Source: a virus (taxonomy: Duplodnaviria > Heunggongvirae > Uroviricota > Caudoviricetes). Taken from it: DNA of 47,847 nt. Positions 11,186 to 25,500 of this stretch are shown piece by piece. The DNA is taken from the IMG/VR virus record IMGVR_UViG_3300021255_000128, positions 128,001 through 175,847 of that record; one strand, given 5' to 3'. Position 1 is the stretch's first letter. Every line of letters begins with the position of its first letter. The position numbers and the translations under genes are program-made. The notes beneath the pieces were generated by a model. It was not told the DNA's origin and ran no database searches. It saw nothing but the letters and a program-made list of their open reading frames with translations.

Positions 11186-13555
11186 TTACATTTCTATTAA
11201 TTGATTTACATTTGCATCAAGATTCTTCTCTACTTCTACTTTTGTATTTCCTTCTAATAATAGATCACTTTCAAAAATTCCAGTTTTGTATAATTTTGTT
11301 TTATCGGTAGTAGAAGTAGGAACCTCTCTAAGACTTAAATTATGAATCGTTACCAATTTTGTAGAAGAAGAATCTGTACCAGTCCATCCATTTAATATTC
11401 TCAATCTTATATATTTACAAGGATTTACACCATCTGTCGCTAAATTAACAATACCTGTATATCTTTGTTTAACTATATCAGATGTTGGTTTTTTAGCAAA
11501 TGTATATACGCAAGCTTGATTTGATCTCGCTGTTTTATTTTCATCATACCTCTCAAATCCTATATAAAATTGATTTCCTGTTGATACAGATATTGTATAA
11601 TCATATATATATTTATTCGTACTTGGATTTATTTCAATGTAATCACTTCCAGCAGAACTTTGACCGTTAAATTCAATTCCCTCTTCTGAATAATTAGTAT
11701 AAGTAGATGTTATACTAGTGTAACCGTTCGTTATATTTCTAACTAACAATTCTCTTCCAACATGTAGTTCATTAAATTCGTAGCTATGCAAATTTCCAGA
11801 TTTATCAATCTTTCCAGAAACTTCATATAATTGTTTTACATCTTCTTCTGATAGGGCTGTTGCATAAATACGGAAATCTGATCATTTGCCTTGTGTATAT
11901 CTATTAGAATTAGCTCTACCTAGCCAAAAAGATTTAAATCCAACTAGAGACGTAGGACAAGAAATAGAACGAACAAATGTTCCATCTATATAAAGTTTTA
12001 TATCTGTTCCATCGTGTGTTAAAGCAATATGTTTTCACGTATTTAATGGAACGTCTTGTGTATTACATGTAATAGAATACAGATTTCCATCTGTCCCTCG
12101 CATTCTAAAACATGTATCTGTATGACTACAAGTTGTTTGATTATAATCATTTGGATTAGTTGTAGAATTAGTAGATGTTGCTCATAGTCCTGATACTTGA
12201 TAACCTCTAGTTTCTACATAAACCCATCCAGTAATAGTCAATCCTTTTGATTCTGGAAAATCAAATACACTCCCAAGTAAGTAAGAGCTATTGTTTTGAA
12301 TACAATTGTCATATCTTGGTGTATCATTCGATATAGTCAAATCACCTGTAATTTCACCATTATTTCCATATCCTGATGAATCGTGTACACTTGTTTCATT
12401 TCTGGAAGAATTTGTATATGGTGTTGGATGATCTTTTATTTCCATCTGAAAATCTCTAAAATAACATACTAGATGAGCACTTTGTCCTGCATTAAGAGAA
12501 CAAAAATAATGTATATAATTATTTTGTGCAGCATTATCAGCAATTGTTCCAGTGTGTCATATACGTTGTCACGTATCTGGCTTACTATAATCATATTGAT
12601 GATATTTTTTATTAGTTGATGTACCTTCAATCGCCTCAAAATTTCCAGATCTTGGCAAAGTTTGTCCAGATGGAACATATAACATTAATGATCTTGTGAC
12701 CGTGTCTCCAACAGAAGCTCCAAAACTTAAAGGTTTTACTAAAATATAGCATCCTCATCAAGAAGAAACATTATCTTTATCAATTGTTAACTTATAACAT
12801 TTGTATCCTGCAAAATTTACAATTTCTACAGTTGTACCATCTATAGTACTTCGTGAAAGATTTGTTGGAACAGCTTTGTTAGTGTTTAAATCATTACGGC
12901 ATGGATCTATATTATCTGTATTTTCCAAATAAGGATCATCTAATTTATAGTGCAAAACCAATCCTTGTGCAATTTCTTTTACTTCTTTAGGAGATAAACA
13001 ATGATCATATAATCTAAAATCATTTAATTTTCCATTACATTTTTCTCCACCATATGTTCCAATAGTCAAATTATCTACACTATATGTTATATAATTCACA
13101 TTCGTTACACGTTTCGCATTTAATTCTCCATCTATATAAATACATACAGTTCCATTATTAAAAGTTACAACATAATGATGTCAAACTCCATATGTAACAA
13201 AACTATCTGGAGAAGCGGATGAAACAGCTATATTATTTCCATTGTTTAATAAAACTCTAACAGCAGCTCCATCTTTACTTATACAAATTCTACCATAAGC
13301 CTGATTAAAAGAAATTATATGAAAACCATAATTTAAGGTGTATCCCTGGTTTAAATTAACTCAACCTGCAACACTAAAATTATATAACGTTTTATTTAAA
13401 GGAGTTGGAAAGGTCATCGATTTTTCTACAAAATTATAACATTTTCCTATTTTTCCATCATTATCTATTACAGCTCCATTATTTGTCACAGTAACATCAG
13501 CACAGCCTTTATTCTTTAAATCCCCATTTAAAGGTAATCACACTTGTAACGCCAT
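11186..13555 (-). CDS. LamG/concanavalin-A-like lectin-domain virion protein, 789 aa (code 4)
   Basis: MALQV(W)[18 protein letters not shown]. Two LamG-like repeats with motifs (W)[27 protein letters not shown] and (W)[14 protein letters not shown]..(W)[11 protein letters not shown]. Three track ORFs share the frame. Confidence 0.85.
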
Positions 13556-13557
13556 AA

Positions 13558-16533
13558 TTAACTAAATATAAATTCTATACATTTATCTGTTGCATTATAT
13601 TGCATTGTAGCAGCAGTTCCTCCAACTTGTACACTCTTTGTAGTTAAAACTCCACTTGTAACATAAACTTCATTATCTGAATATGTTTGAGGATTCGCTG
13701 CTTGAGTTGTCGCTCCAATTAAGAATATCTTACTAGATGTGTCTGTTGAACCAGTAGTATTTTTTGTATCAGTCCAAGGTACAGTTACATATGCTTTTTC
13801 AGAAGAAAGTTTAACGGCATAATTTGTTCCACTTTCTGAATATCCTATTTGAATACCACCTCTTGTGCCATTTGCAGCAAGTGGTAATGTATAGGAATAA
13901 GTTGCTGAAAGAACTCCTGCATCAGTTATAGCAAGTCCAGAACCTACTTTAATACCACCAAGTGTAGATGCACTTGCAGTAGGTAATGTATATGAATAAG
14001 TTGCACTTAAAACACCAGTACTTGAATTTATTGATAATCCTGATCCAACCTTAATACCACCTAATGTAGATGAACTAGCAATAGGTAGGGAATAAGCAGT
14101 AGGGAATTGAATAGTAACTACCCCATTAGTTGTTGAAACATTACCTCCAGAAGTTGCAGTACCTTTTACAACAGATGTAATACCAGAAGATGTAACATAA
14201 CCTTTACCCGCAATTCAACTTTCAAGATCTGAAATTTTAGATGTAGTGATATTAGGAATATGACTAACGCCAATAACTTCGTTTGTAGCATCAAGTATAT
14301 TTCATACACCTTCTTCATCAATACCAGAAGTACCGCTTGCGTTACTCAAACCACCTGCACTAACGAAACCATCAGCATAGAAATTACCAATTAAATGCCA
14401 TGCGTTATTTGTTGAATCTCAAACAAGATTAGATGAAGCGTTATTATAAGTACCTCCAAGAGTAATACCTCCAGATAAGGTAGCTAATCCTGTAGCAGAA
14501 ATAGTAGTAATTCCAGAAAGAGCTTGTGCTTGTGAAGTAGATTGAACTTTTGTAGTACCAATATAAAGGTTTGGTAAATCTGTATAAGCCATAGTTCCCC
14601 AAGTAGGAGCTTGTGCTACTCCAGAAGCATTTGTAGTTTGAGTTAAAAACTTCTTTTGAGAATTTCCAGTAACATTAGTAACTTGTGCTAATACATTAGA
14701 AGCACTTGCATATAAGACAGCGTTTGCTGTTCATGAAGTTTTTCCAGTTCCTCCTTTTCCTACAGAAATTGTATCTGCATTTCAAGTACCTGTTCCAATA
14801 GTACCTACCGTTGTGATTTTATTTGTTCCCGTTCATGTAGACAAAGCTGTATTTTCTACATTACTTAATCCTACATGATCTTTGGTTAACTTTAATGAAT
14901 ATGTACCACTTGTTGTAGGTTTATATGTAAGAAGGGTTGTATCAACAGAACTCTTAATTGTTAAATCATAGAAACTAGGTCTTCCAGTAACCCCTGTCCA
15001 AGGAACTGTATTTGCTGAATCGGCTATTATATACGGTCTAAACTTTCCGTTCTTATAATAATATGGAATTCCATCCGATATTAAATCGCCACGATATCTG
15101 TTTTTAGGAGGGGTTGCTTTTGATGCGTCTTCATTTCATTCATCAAATACACTTTCTACAACTTTAATATATATTTTACCATCTTCTGTAGTAGGTTCCG
15201 TTTGAGTTCATCATACTTCATCTAATACAAAATATCCATTAGAATTTAAAGTTCCTACTATAAAAAGTGGTTTATTTGCATATAAATTGTTTGCTAATCC
15301 ATTATCGGATGTATTTATATTTAATGAATACCGAAGATCAACTAAATCACGATGCGTTCTAACAATGCTATTTCCAACAAATCCGTCTGCAGCAACATCT
15401 GTAGACATAGCAAGATAATAAATCGGAGAATATAATCTAAACTGAGCATCTGCATTTCTTGCTTTAGACGTTCCTTCACCACCTGTACCAACTGTAAATG
15501 ATTGTCAAGTACCGTCCGAATCTTGCATACAAAGAGAATATCTTTTTAATCCTCCCGCTCCAGCTTTTAATTTTGAGTATGCTAACTGCACTGTTGTATT
15601 ATCAATAGCATCTCCTGTTTCTTGAAGACCTGTCGATGTAGCATTAAAATCTACTGTATTATAATACGTAGTATTATAAACATTTCCATAAGTTTCAATT
15701 TCTTCTGGAAAGCTAACAGTACAATTTAATGTTTCATAAACTTTGATTGTATAATGTCTTCCAACAGTATTTGGACCATAAGCGGACTGAATTCTTACTC
15801 CAATTTTTGCAGGATTAGATGTATGATAAGAATTGTACTTTGCTTCAGTATTATGATAAAGTAATTTATGATAATAAACTGGATAATAAGATGTACTATA
15901 GAATTTGTTAAATATATGATAATAGTAATTTGAACCAGAACAACCTATATAAATATCATATTCACCATGACAGTATTTAGCATTAGCATTATCTGACGTT
16001 AATCCATCAACTGTTAACAAATAATGTACTTCTCATGGAGTTGCCCAATCACTTGATGTAGGTGTAACGTTCATGAAATAAATATTTCCATTATTTGTAT
16101 CATTTGCAGTACATTTGTAAGTATATTCTTTTTCGTACAAAGGTACTAAATTTTTTGCATTTTCGGAATAGTTTATTCCATTAGTTAAATCTACGGCATT
16201 CTTACCATTATAAGAAACAGTATTTCCACTTGGATCTTTAAACGAGAGTGTTGCTAAAGCAGGAATGTCTGCTGCCGTTAATGCACGGAACGATGCTGCT
16301 CCTGCAGAGCCAGATGAAGGCCCTGCAAGAACAGTATTCGCCGTTTTATTACCTTTGACAAGATTATAAGCATCGTCTGCATGGCTTCCTTGAGTGGAAG
16401 TAGCATAGGCACTACTATCTGTTGTAGCAGCAGTGCCTAGCCCTATAACCGCATCAGCATGTGTTTCCGGATAAAATACTTCTCCAGTTTCACTCTTTTT
16501 TAATTGTATAATATCTCTTGTGACTTGTGCCAT
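13558..16533 (-). CDS. Tail fibre protein, 991 aa (code 4)
   Basis: N-terminal YPETHADAV motif. Track ORFs at 16033, 15505 and 15211 are in frame. Shares modules with the other fibres and ends ..KCIEFIFS*TAA, 2 nt before the next ATG. Confidence 0.85.
13845..14095 (-). repeat. Three tandem fibre repeats Y(S/T)LPxAxxxTLGG(I)KVGSGL..GVLSATYS
   Basis: Seen in the translation of 13558-16533. A fourth diverged copy lies at ~20510-20590. Confidence 0.75.
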
Positions 16534-16537
16534 ATTA

Positions 16538-19500
16538 TTAAGTTGTTATTGTTACTGTTCCAACTACTGTTCCCATAACACATGCGGAAAGATCTTCAGC
16601 TTTTATTGTTTTTTCCGAACTACCATCATAAGACTTTGTTCCAAATTTAAGTGAATATGGATTTTTTAAAGATGATGGTATTGTTGGAGCATATATTCGA
16701 TTAGCATTTCCATCTATTGTAATAGTACCTAATAATGTACCAGAAGTTTGACTAGCAGTATATGTAACATTTGTACTACTATTTTCTAGAGCAGTGATTC
16801 TAGAAGCAATTGTTGTACTTCCACTTCCAAAAACATCTTGATAGAATAAGTGTGTTGCCCAGGCAGAAGCAGTTGTAAAATCTTCATCGGAAGCAAGTGT
16901 TTTAATCGTAGCATAATCAATAAATGAAACAGCTCCTCCACCGCCTCCTCCAGAACCAGATGTACTAAGTCCACCTGCACTGACAAATCCGTCTGCGTAG
17001 AAACCTTTTCCTTCAGGATGTACAAGATGTACGTAATTATTACTATCTAATTCAAAATAAGTATTAGCGTTTAAATAGATTTTTGGAGCAGTAATACTAG
17101 TAGAAGCAGTAAGGCTTGTAACATTTAAAGCTCCATTTTTCATGGTAATACCTGTATTTCTCTTTAGAGTAGTTGTTGCAGCAGAAGTAACACCTACAAG
17201 ATATAATGTATTAGTTGTATCAGCAGTTGTAGTTACAGTATCTGATAATGTAGCAAAAGGTATTGTAATATACGTAGTAGAACCATTCTTTGTAATACCT
17301 AATTTCTTAGCATTATCTCCTGTTCCAACTGCTACACTCGATACATATGTTGCATAAATATCATTACCATTCTTATCTCCAGTAGCTCTACCAACAGAAG
17401 TATTACCTAGTACTGTTACAATATTTGCAGCAGTAATTGTTGATAATGTTGTGCCATTCTTAGCCTTTAATGTTAAAGCATTAGATGCAGCTCCTAAAGA
17501 AGCACCATAACTTGAGATAATTGTATTTCCGTTAGCATCCTGTGAAGCTTTAGTAGCATATCCTATTACAAGCTTTTTATTTGTTCCACCTATTGTAATG
17601 GATGTCTTTGTTGTATCCGTAGAATCCATTTCAAATAGTGTGAAATATCCAGTAGCTGCAAGGTTAGTTACATTTCCTAAACCAACATCGGATTTACTAA
17701 TCGTAATGTTTCCAGTGAGAGCATGTCCATTAACTGTCGTACTCTTTGGAACATAACTACTTTCATCTCCAAGCAATTGCCATTTAGTTCCTGTCCATAA
17801 GAACTCTAAACCTCCAGAAATTACTAAATCTCCAGATTTAGCTGTATAAGATGCTCCATCAATTATAATGGTACTTGATGTATCTCCATCAGATAACTCA
17901 CTTGTAGTAACGCCTCTAAATTTAAGAGCTGATGTAACAACATCATTTATTGCTGTATAAACATCACCACCAGTAACTAATCCGGTATTTCCAGATGCTA
18001 CAGATCCAACAGCTTTATATGCTGCAGCACCAAGTCCTTTAACAGCAATATTGTCTGTAACAGTAGATCCAACTGTAAGTTTTAAAGTGCCATTATTAGT
18101 ACCTGTTTCTAGCTTTACAGTTTGATGAGTTGTTAAAAATGTAGTACCTTTTGTAAGAGTTATTGTATGTCCAGAAATGCTTGCAGTAGTAACTGCATTT
18201 CCGGAACCAGTAACTGTCACTTCATTTACACCATCAGTAATCTCATAACCAGCAAGTGTTGTAGGTTTTCCAGTAATATTAGATCACGAAGAAGTTGTAG
18301 GTAATGTAGAAAGATTAACAGTAATAGTCTTTCCAGATTTGGTAATAGATGTTACATAATTACCAGTACCATTCGTAACAACTGTATTTACACATCCTGC
18401 TAACGCATCAGTTAAGTGACTACTATGAATTTGATCATCACCTTCCGATGATAACGCGTTCCAATCAATTCCAGCTGTACCAGAACCATTAGATAATCCA
18501 CCAGCAGATACAAAACCAGTAGCATAAATATTTCCAGTAATCTTTCAAGCATGGTTTGCAGCATCATAAGTAATGGTAGATTCTGTAGTATTATCCTCTA
18601 ACTTACCACCAGCAGAATACGTTGTAGATATTACTTTAGTAAGCCCTGTAAGTGTAGTGGAACTTCCACCTAATGATATTGAAGTCGAACCAATAGTTAT
18701 ACTTGAATGTTCTAATGCTGAATTTGGAAGATCATCGATTGTATGTGTATGAGTTCCATATGCTGTAACAATTCCATATTTATTTACTGTTACATAAGGA
18801 ATTGAAATTGTATTAGATCCAGTAGAAGCTGTTGATTGACCAGCAGTACCTGCAGTAATAGATGCTGTATTAAATAATCCTCCAAGTGAAACAGAAGATC
18901 CATTTATTGTAATACTTGAATTTGCTAATTTGTTATTAGCAATACTTCCAGCAAGCATAGCGTTTGTAACCTTACCCTCACCAATAGTAGTAGTAATACT
19001 TGTGGTACCAGAACCTGAAACATCTCCACTAAGTGTTATTGTTTGGTTACCAGTAAGATACGTATTTGTATCAATTGTTCAAGTAATAGTACTTCCAGAA
19101 ACGGTTCTTTTCAATAAACCGCTACCAGTAGAAATAGCTGCAATTGCAGTTAAATCAGAATCTAATGGTTGATAGGTACTTGCTGCATCAGATATAGTTA
19201 AATATGTACTATTATCTAACGTTCAAGTGTTATCTGCATTTCTCTTTAAGAATCCGGCTCCAGTTAAAGCTTCAATTAATCTAAGATCTGTTGTTCCAGA
19301 TATTTCAGATAAACTATATGAAGGTTTAGTGGATTGTTGCGCTCAAGAAGAAATTCCTAAATCAGATGCTGTAATAGTAACATCTGCACTACCATCGTAT
19401 GACTTTTCTCCAACTATTAAGAAATGAGGGTTTTTAACAGAAGTAGGGAAACTGTCATACGTTACTGTTAAAGTAGATCCATTCTTTGATATTGATTTTA

Positions 19501-22500
19501 CAAAATCACCAGTTGTAGAACTAGAAAGTGCATTTACATAAGATGCTAATGCTGTAGTTAAGTGAGAACTATGAATTTGTTCATCTCCACTAGAAGTTAA
19601 TGCATTTCAGTCTATTCCAGAAGTTCCACCACCAGGAGAATAACCTCCAGCTGATACAAACGAATCTGTATAGAAACCAGCACCTACAAGTTTAACACCA
19701 TGTTCATCCTTTACAAAGTATATATCGTCATCTAAATAGAATCTACTAGCTTTTACATTAGTGCTAGTTTCAATATCCCCAGATAAAGTTAACGATGTAA
19801 TTACACTTAATCCACTTGTACCATTGTAATATACAGGTAAAGACGCACTTCCAATAGTTGCACTGCCAAATAGATCTGATTGTACAAGTGTATGTCATAC
19901 AGGAATTCCACTTGAATTAGCGATTAAAATTTGATTAGCTGTTCCGGAACTAGTAGGAGCATATATAGAACCAAGATTAACTCCATTTGTAGAATCTCCA
20001 TTAGTAGTTCCGTTTATTGTAAGTTTATATGTAGTATTGGTTCCAGATATTGTTATTACACCACTAGCAGCACTAGTTGTAACACTACCAGAACCTTTTA
20101 TTTGAACATTTCCTTTATTTGCTCCACCACCAACTAATAAGATATATGGATTAGAAGCAACTGTAGAATTAGCAGTACCACCTGTTGCACCAGCACATAA
20201 CCCTAATGATTGATGAGTGATTTTTGCTTTAATATCTGTACCATGAATAGTTGCAATAGTAGTTAAAGATGTTCCTATTGTAGCATCACTACTTGTAACA
20301 GTTATGGTTTTCAAATAACCCTGAGTTGAATGGTCTCCTCATCCAAAGGCTGTATTTCAATTTGCCTGATCGGATGTAGATGGTAAACTATATCCAGATG
20401 CAAAAGATACTCTAAATGTTCCGTTACTTGTGATTGGTGAACCACCTACAGTAAATCCTGTTGGCATCATTAATCCAATAGAGGTTACTGTACCAGAAGT
20501 AGTGGTTAATGTTCCTGTAGCATCTATACTAAGTCCAGAACCTATTTTTACAACACCTAAAGAAGTAGTCGTAGCAATTGGTAAGTGGGCAGGATTTATT
20601 TTAGTAGTATTATCATAATCGGTAATAGAACTATCATTTGCTAACGATTGTCAGACAGATAAAAGATCTACACCTTCACTACCACCTCCACCAGTGGTTG
20701 AAAGACCACCTGCGGAAACAAATCCATCAGATGCAAGACCGGCGATATTAGTTGTATCACCACAAACAAGTCTTAAGTAATATCTCTGGTGTCCGTCAAC
20801 TGTATCATAAGGCTCTTTAACGAATCATGAACCGATTTCAAGAATTCTTTCAACTAATTCACTTGTTCCAATAGTATCATTTGGATCAGATCCCTGTAAA
20901 GTAGCTCCATGAATAACTAGTGAACCTGTATCACCTCAACTAATTTGTCCTCCAGCAAGATAACCGGAACCATCCATTCTAAATACAGAATTTGCATAAC
21001 TTGCAGCAGTAGGATCTTTTTCATGATCCACTTTTGGACCACCATATCAAGCTGCAATTCCGTGTCCAAAATGAGTAGAACTATTATCATATGCACCACT
21101 AATACCAGCGGTAATATTACCATTATTGTCTTTTAACTGAACTTCATTAGTTAAAACATAACCGTCAACTGTAAGATTACCAGATGAATCTCAACGAAGA
21201 TTATTACTAGCTAAATAACCGGAACCATCAAATCTGAATAATGATTTTGCTGCACGATTTACATCGGTATTACCAGAATAATATCTATCGAGCATTGCTC
21301 CACCATATCAAGCTGCGATTCCACCACCTTCAGCAGTTGAATCATAAACTCCATTTAATCCACTCCAAACTCTTCAAGTATTGTCATCGATAGTATCATC
21401 AATTTCAGTATCAGTATTACCACTATGTTTACTTCCTAATTGAATTAACGAGGATAAAATTAAACCTCCAGCTGTAACAGTATCTCCATCTCATAAGGCT
21501 TCAGTTAAATAGCCTAAATCTGTAAGATGTCCAGTTAACGAATTTATTTGAGAAACAATACTATTATCTCCAGTATTTATTTGATTATAAATGGCATTGT
21601 AATCATTATCCAATCCATTTATTAAATCTAAAATACTACCAGTAGCAGGAGAACTAGCACTTCCACCCTCTCCATAAACAATATTGTTAAAATAGTTCTT
21701 AGCAGATGTTACAGAATTAGAACTAACGCTATCAGCATATGCTTTTATGATAGTTTCACGTGTATCCGTATAACTCTTTGCATTGCTTTCAGCAGTATTT
21801 GCATAACCTTGTGCAGTAGATTCAGCAGCAGCTTGTGCAGCATCAGCATATCCTTGAGCAGCATCTTTTGCATTTTGTTCAGCTGTATCAGCAAAACCTT
21901 GAGCATTTTGTTCAGCTGCTGTTTGTGCATCTTGAGCTACGTCATCAGCATATGATTTAATATCGTTCTTTTGTGTAAGTCATACACTACCTGGAGCTGT
22001 TGAGAAAATACCCTCTATTTCAAGATTAGATGCACTAATTCTAGGAACTCCATTTGTATCATAAACAAGTGTTAAAGCTCTATTTGAATTAGGCTGATTT
22101 CCTTGTAATATGAAGTTATCACCTGTAATTGTTACAGTACCACCTTGAGTTACATGACCTTGATCATCATATTGTACACCAGAAATATCGATTCCAGTAG
22201 CAAGAAGGTCGTTACGTACACTTGCAACAGAAAGATTGATATTGTCTACAGTTTGTTTTACTAAAGAATAAGTATTTCCAGATATGATTCCATTTGGATC
22301 TTCTTGCCATACCTTACCTTGAATAGCATCTGCAAATATATCAAAACTAGATTTAATAACCTTTGTAGTTACTGCATCAAAAGCAATTGCTCAGTCTGAA
22401 CTAGAATAGCTTTGACCTTCTGCCTTTGGGGTGATACATTTATATATCATTCCATCTTTATTCTCAGTACTACCTTGTACCCATAAATCTCCGACTTGAT

Positions 22501-25500
22501 ATGGAGGAGTAGGAGTGGTAACGAAGACCTTCATTTTACCATCAGCTGTTGCTTGTGCTCTAGAAGCATTTTGCAAAGCTGTAGCAATATCGGAATCAGA
22601 AATTTGTTCCCAAGAATAAACACCGTCATTAAGCATGAATCGGTATGCATACTCAGTAGTTTTATCGTAATAAAGATCTCCAATATGAGTATTTTTATCT
22701 TCATCAGTAGTTCATTCTGATGCAGGAAGATTATTTAAAGTAGGAGCTCCGTTATAATATCAAGTCTCAATAGCTCCATCGACTTGACTTTGCAGAGAGG
22801 CAAGTAATCCGTTAGTGTTTATTACATAATTATTAAATGCTTCAGCAGTATTATCTAAATCTCCAGATAGAGCTGCAACTGATTCATGAATTCCAGCAGT
22901 ATCTATTAAAATATCAGAAATAGATTGATCGATACTTCCTGTTTTAGCATCATATTCTGTCTTAGATACTTTTAAATCAATTTCATCAGACAATTGATTT
23001 ATTTGACTTTGCTGATCTAAAAGTTCTCCATTTATTTCTGTAATTTCATTTACAACAGATGTTATACTTCCTTCTGTTTGAGTTATTCTTGTTGAAAGAT
23101 CAATAATTTTTCCATCGGCATCAATTTTATTTGCCTGAACAGTACTTTCAATACTACTTGCAGTTTGTTCAATTATGGAAAATCTTGTTTCTCTTTCAGC
23201 GTTATCGGTATCATAGTCAGTTTGAGATACTTTAGAAGAAATTAAATCAGCTTGTTGTGTCTGAACACTTTCAAGTTGAGATATTTTGCCATCAGCATCT
23301 TGTTTATTTGCTTGAATTGTTGATGTAATATCTTCAGCTGTTTGTGTTATCTGTGATCGAACACTTTCAATTTCTGAATCAGCCTCAGATTTATTCGCTT
23401 CTACAATAGAAGAAATTTCATTAGCTTTTTGAGTAATCTCAGACCGAGTTTGTTCAATTTCACCATTTACATTTTGAATCTGTTCTGATACTTCTGAACG
23501 AATACCATCAGCAGTTTGTGTAATTTTAGAATCCAATTGTTGAATAGAACCATCTACCTCTGTTTTATTAGCAGTTATTGTAGATGATAGTTCATTCGCT
23601 GTCTGTTGAAATTCAGATCTAGCAGATTCTATATTACCGTTTACATCTGTAATTTGTTGTGAAACTTCAGAACGAATAGATTCAGCTGTCTGTTGTATAG
23701 TAGAACTTAATTCAGAAATACTATCGTCTGTATCACGTTTATTACTTTCAACTATAGAAGTTATTTGATCAGCAGTCTGTGATATTTCTGATCTTGCTTG
23801 TTCTAAAACATTTCCAGAAGCATCTTCTATTTCTCGAGATACGTCTGAACGAATTTCTTCGGCAGTCTGAGTTATTTTACTGTCAAGATTTGCAATTTCT
23901 TCATCTGTTAGTTGCTTATTTGTTTCAACTAAAGACGTTATTGATTCGGCAGTTTGTGATATTTCAGATCTGGTAGATTGAATTTGTCCATTCACGTCCT
24001 CTATAGAAGCTGCGACTTCAGAACGAATTTCAGATGCGGTTTGAGATATTGTGGAATTTAGTTCTTCAATCCTTCCATCAGTATCCCTTTTATTTGATTC
24101 AACGGTTGATGATATTTCTTCAGCCGTCTGTGTAATTTTACTATTTAATTGTTCTATAGCACCATCTGTCTCAGCTTTATTTGCTTGCACAGTAGAAGAA
24201 ATCTCTTCAGCAGTTTGTCTAATTTCTGAACTAAGATTTTCTATAGCGCCATCTGTAGATTGTTTATTTGCTTCTACAGTAGCAATAATAGATTCAGCGG
24301 TTTGTGATATATTAGAACGTAATTCTTCAATATCTCCATCTAAATCTATTTTGTTTTGTTCAACTGTTGTTGCTATTTCATCTGCAGTCTGTTTAAATTC
24401 AGATTTTGCAGACTCAATATTCCCATTTAAATCTTGTTCAACTCTAGAAACTTCAGATCTGATTTCATCAGCAGTCTGCCTTATTTCAGATCTAGCGGCT
24501 TCTATTTGTCCATCAACATCAATTTTATTTCTTTCGACTGTTGCAGAAATTTCATCGGCCGTTTGTCTTATTTCAGACTTCGCTGCTTCAATTGCACCAT
24601 CCGTTTCAGCTTTGTTTCGTTCTACAGTAGAACTTATTTCATCAGCTGTCTGACGGAATTCCGATCTAGCTTCTTCAATAGATCCATCTAACCTAGTTAT
24701 ATTAGATTCTACTTCAGATCTAATCTCTTCAGCGGTTTGAGAAATCAACGATCTGTTTTCCTGAATAGCCTGATCAGCTAATATTTTATTTGATTCTACT
24801 GTACTAGATATTTCTGTAGCAGTTTGTTTAAGTTCCGAAATATCTCCAGCATTGTTTTCAACTCTACTAGAAATTTCATCAGCTGTCTGCCTTATCTGAC
24901 TTATATCACCTTCTGCATTTTCAACTCTAGATGAAATTTCAGTAGCTGTTTGCTGTAACTGACTAATGTTTCCCTGAACATCTTGTACAGTAGATTCTAT
25001 ACTATCTGCCTTTTGAGAAATTCTAGAGATATCACCTTGAGCATTTTCAACTTGAGATTTAATTTCATCAGCTCGTTGTGTTATTTTAGAAATGTCTCCT
25101 GCATTATTTTCAACCTGTGTTTGAATTTGATCTGCTCGTTGTGAAATGCGAGATATATCACCAGTATTATTTTCAACTTGCGTTCATATTTCATCTGCAC
25201 GTTGATGCATTTGAGATATATCCCCTTCAGCATTTTCAACACGAGTTTGTATTTCATCAGCAGTTTGACTAAGCTGAGAGATATCACCTTCTGCATTTGA
25301 CATTCTCACTCCAAACTCTTCAGCAGTAAGTCATAACCTTCCAACATCGCCCTGTAAATTAGACATTTGTACACTAAACTCATGTGCAGTAAGTGATAAT
25401 TGTCCAATTTCTCCTTCGGCGTTTTCCATTCTAACACCAAATTCCTGAGCAGTTAGTCATAATTGTCCAATATTACCTTCGTTATCAGAAACCTTATCTG

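Noticed and set aside
24051-24691. Plus-strand track ORFs (200 aa and 85 aa) and other antisense ORFs such as 5151-5760, 7616-8422 and 39464-41671
   Set aside because: They are antisense shadows of long minus-strand genes, with no promoter or recognisable motifs.
22850-25490. Periodic 63/87-nt DNA pattern as a CRISPR array
   Set aside because: The repeats are degenerate, in frame and conserved at protein level. There is no identical-repeat/unique-spacer structure.
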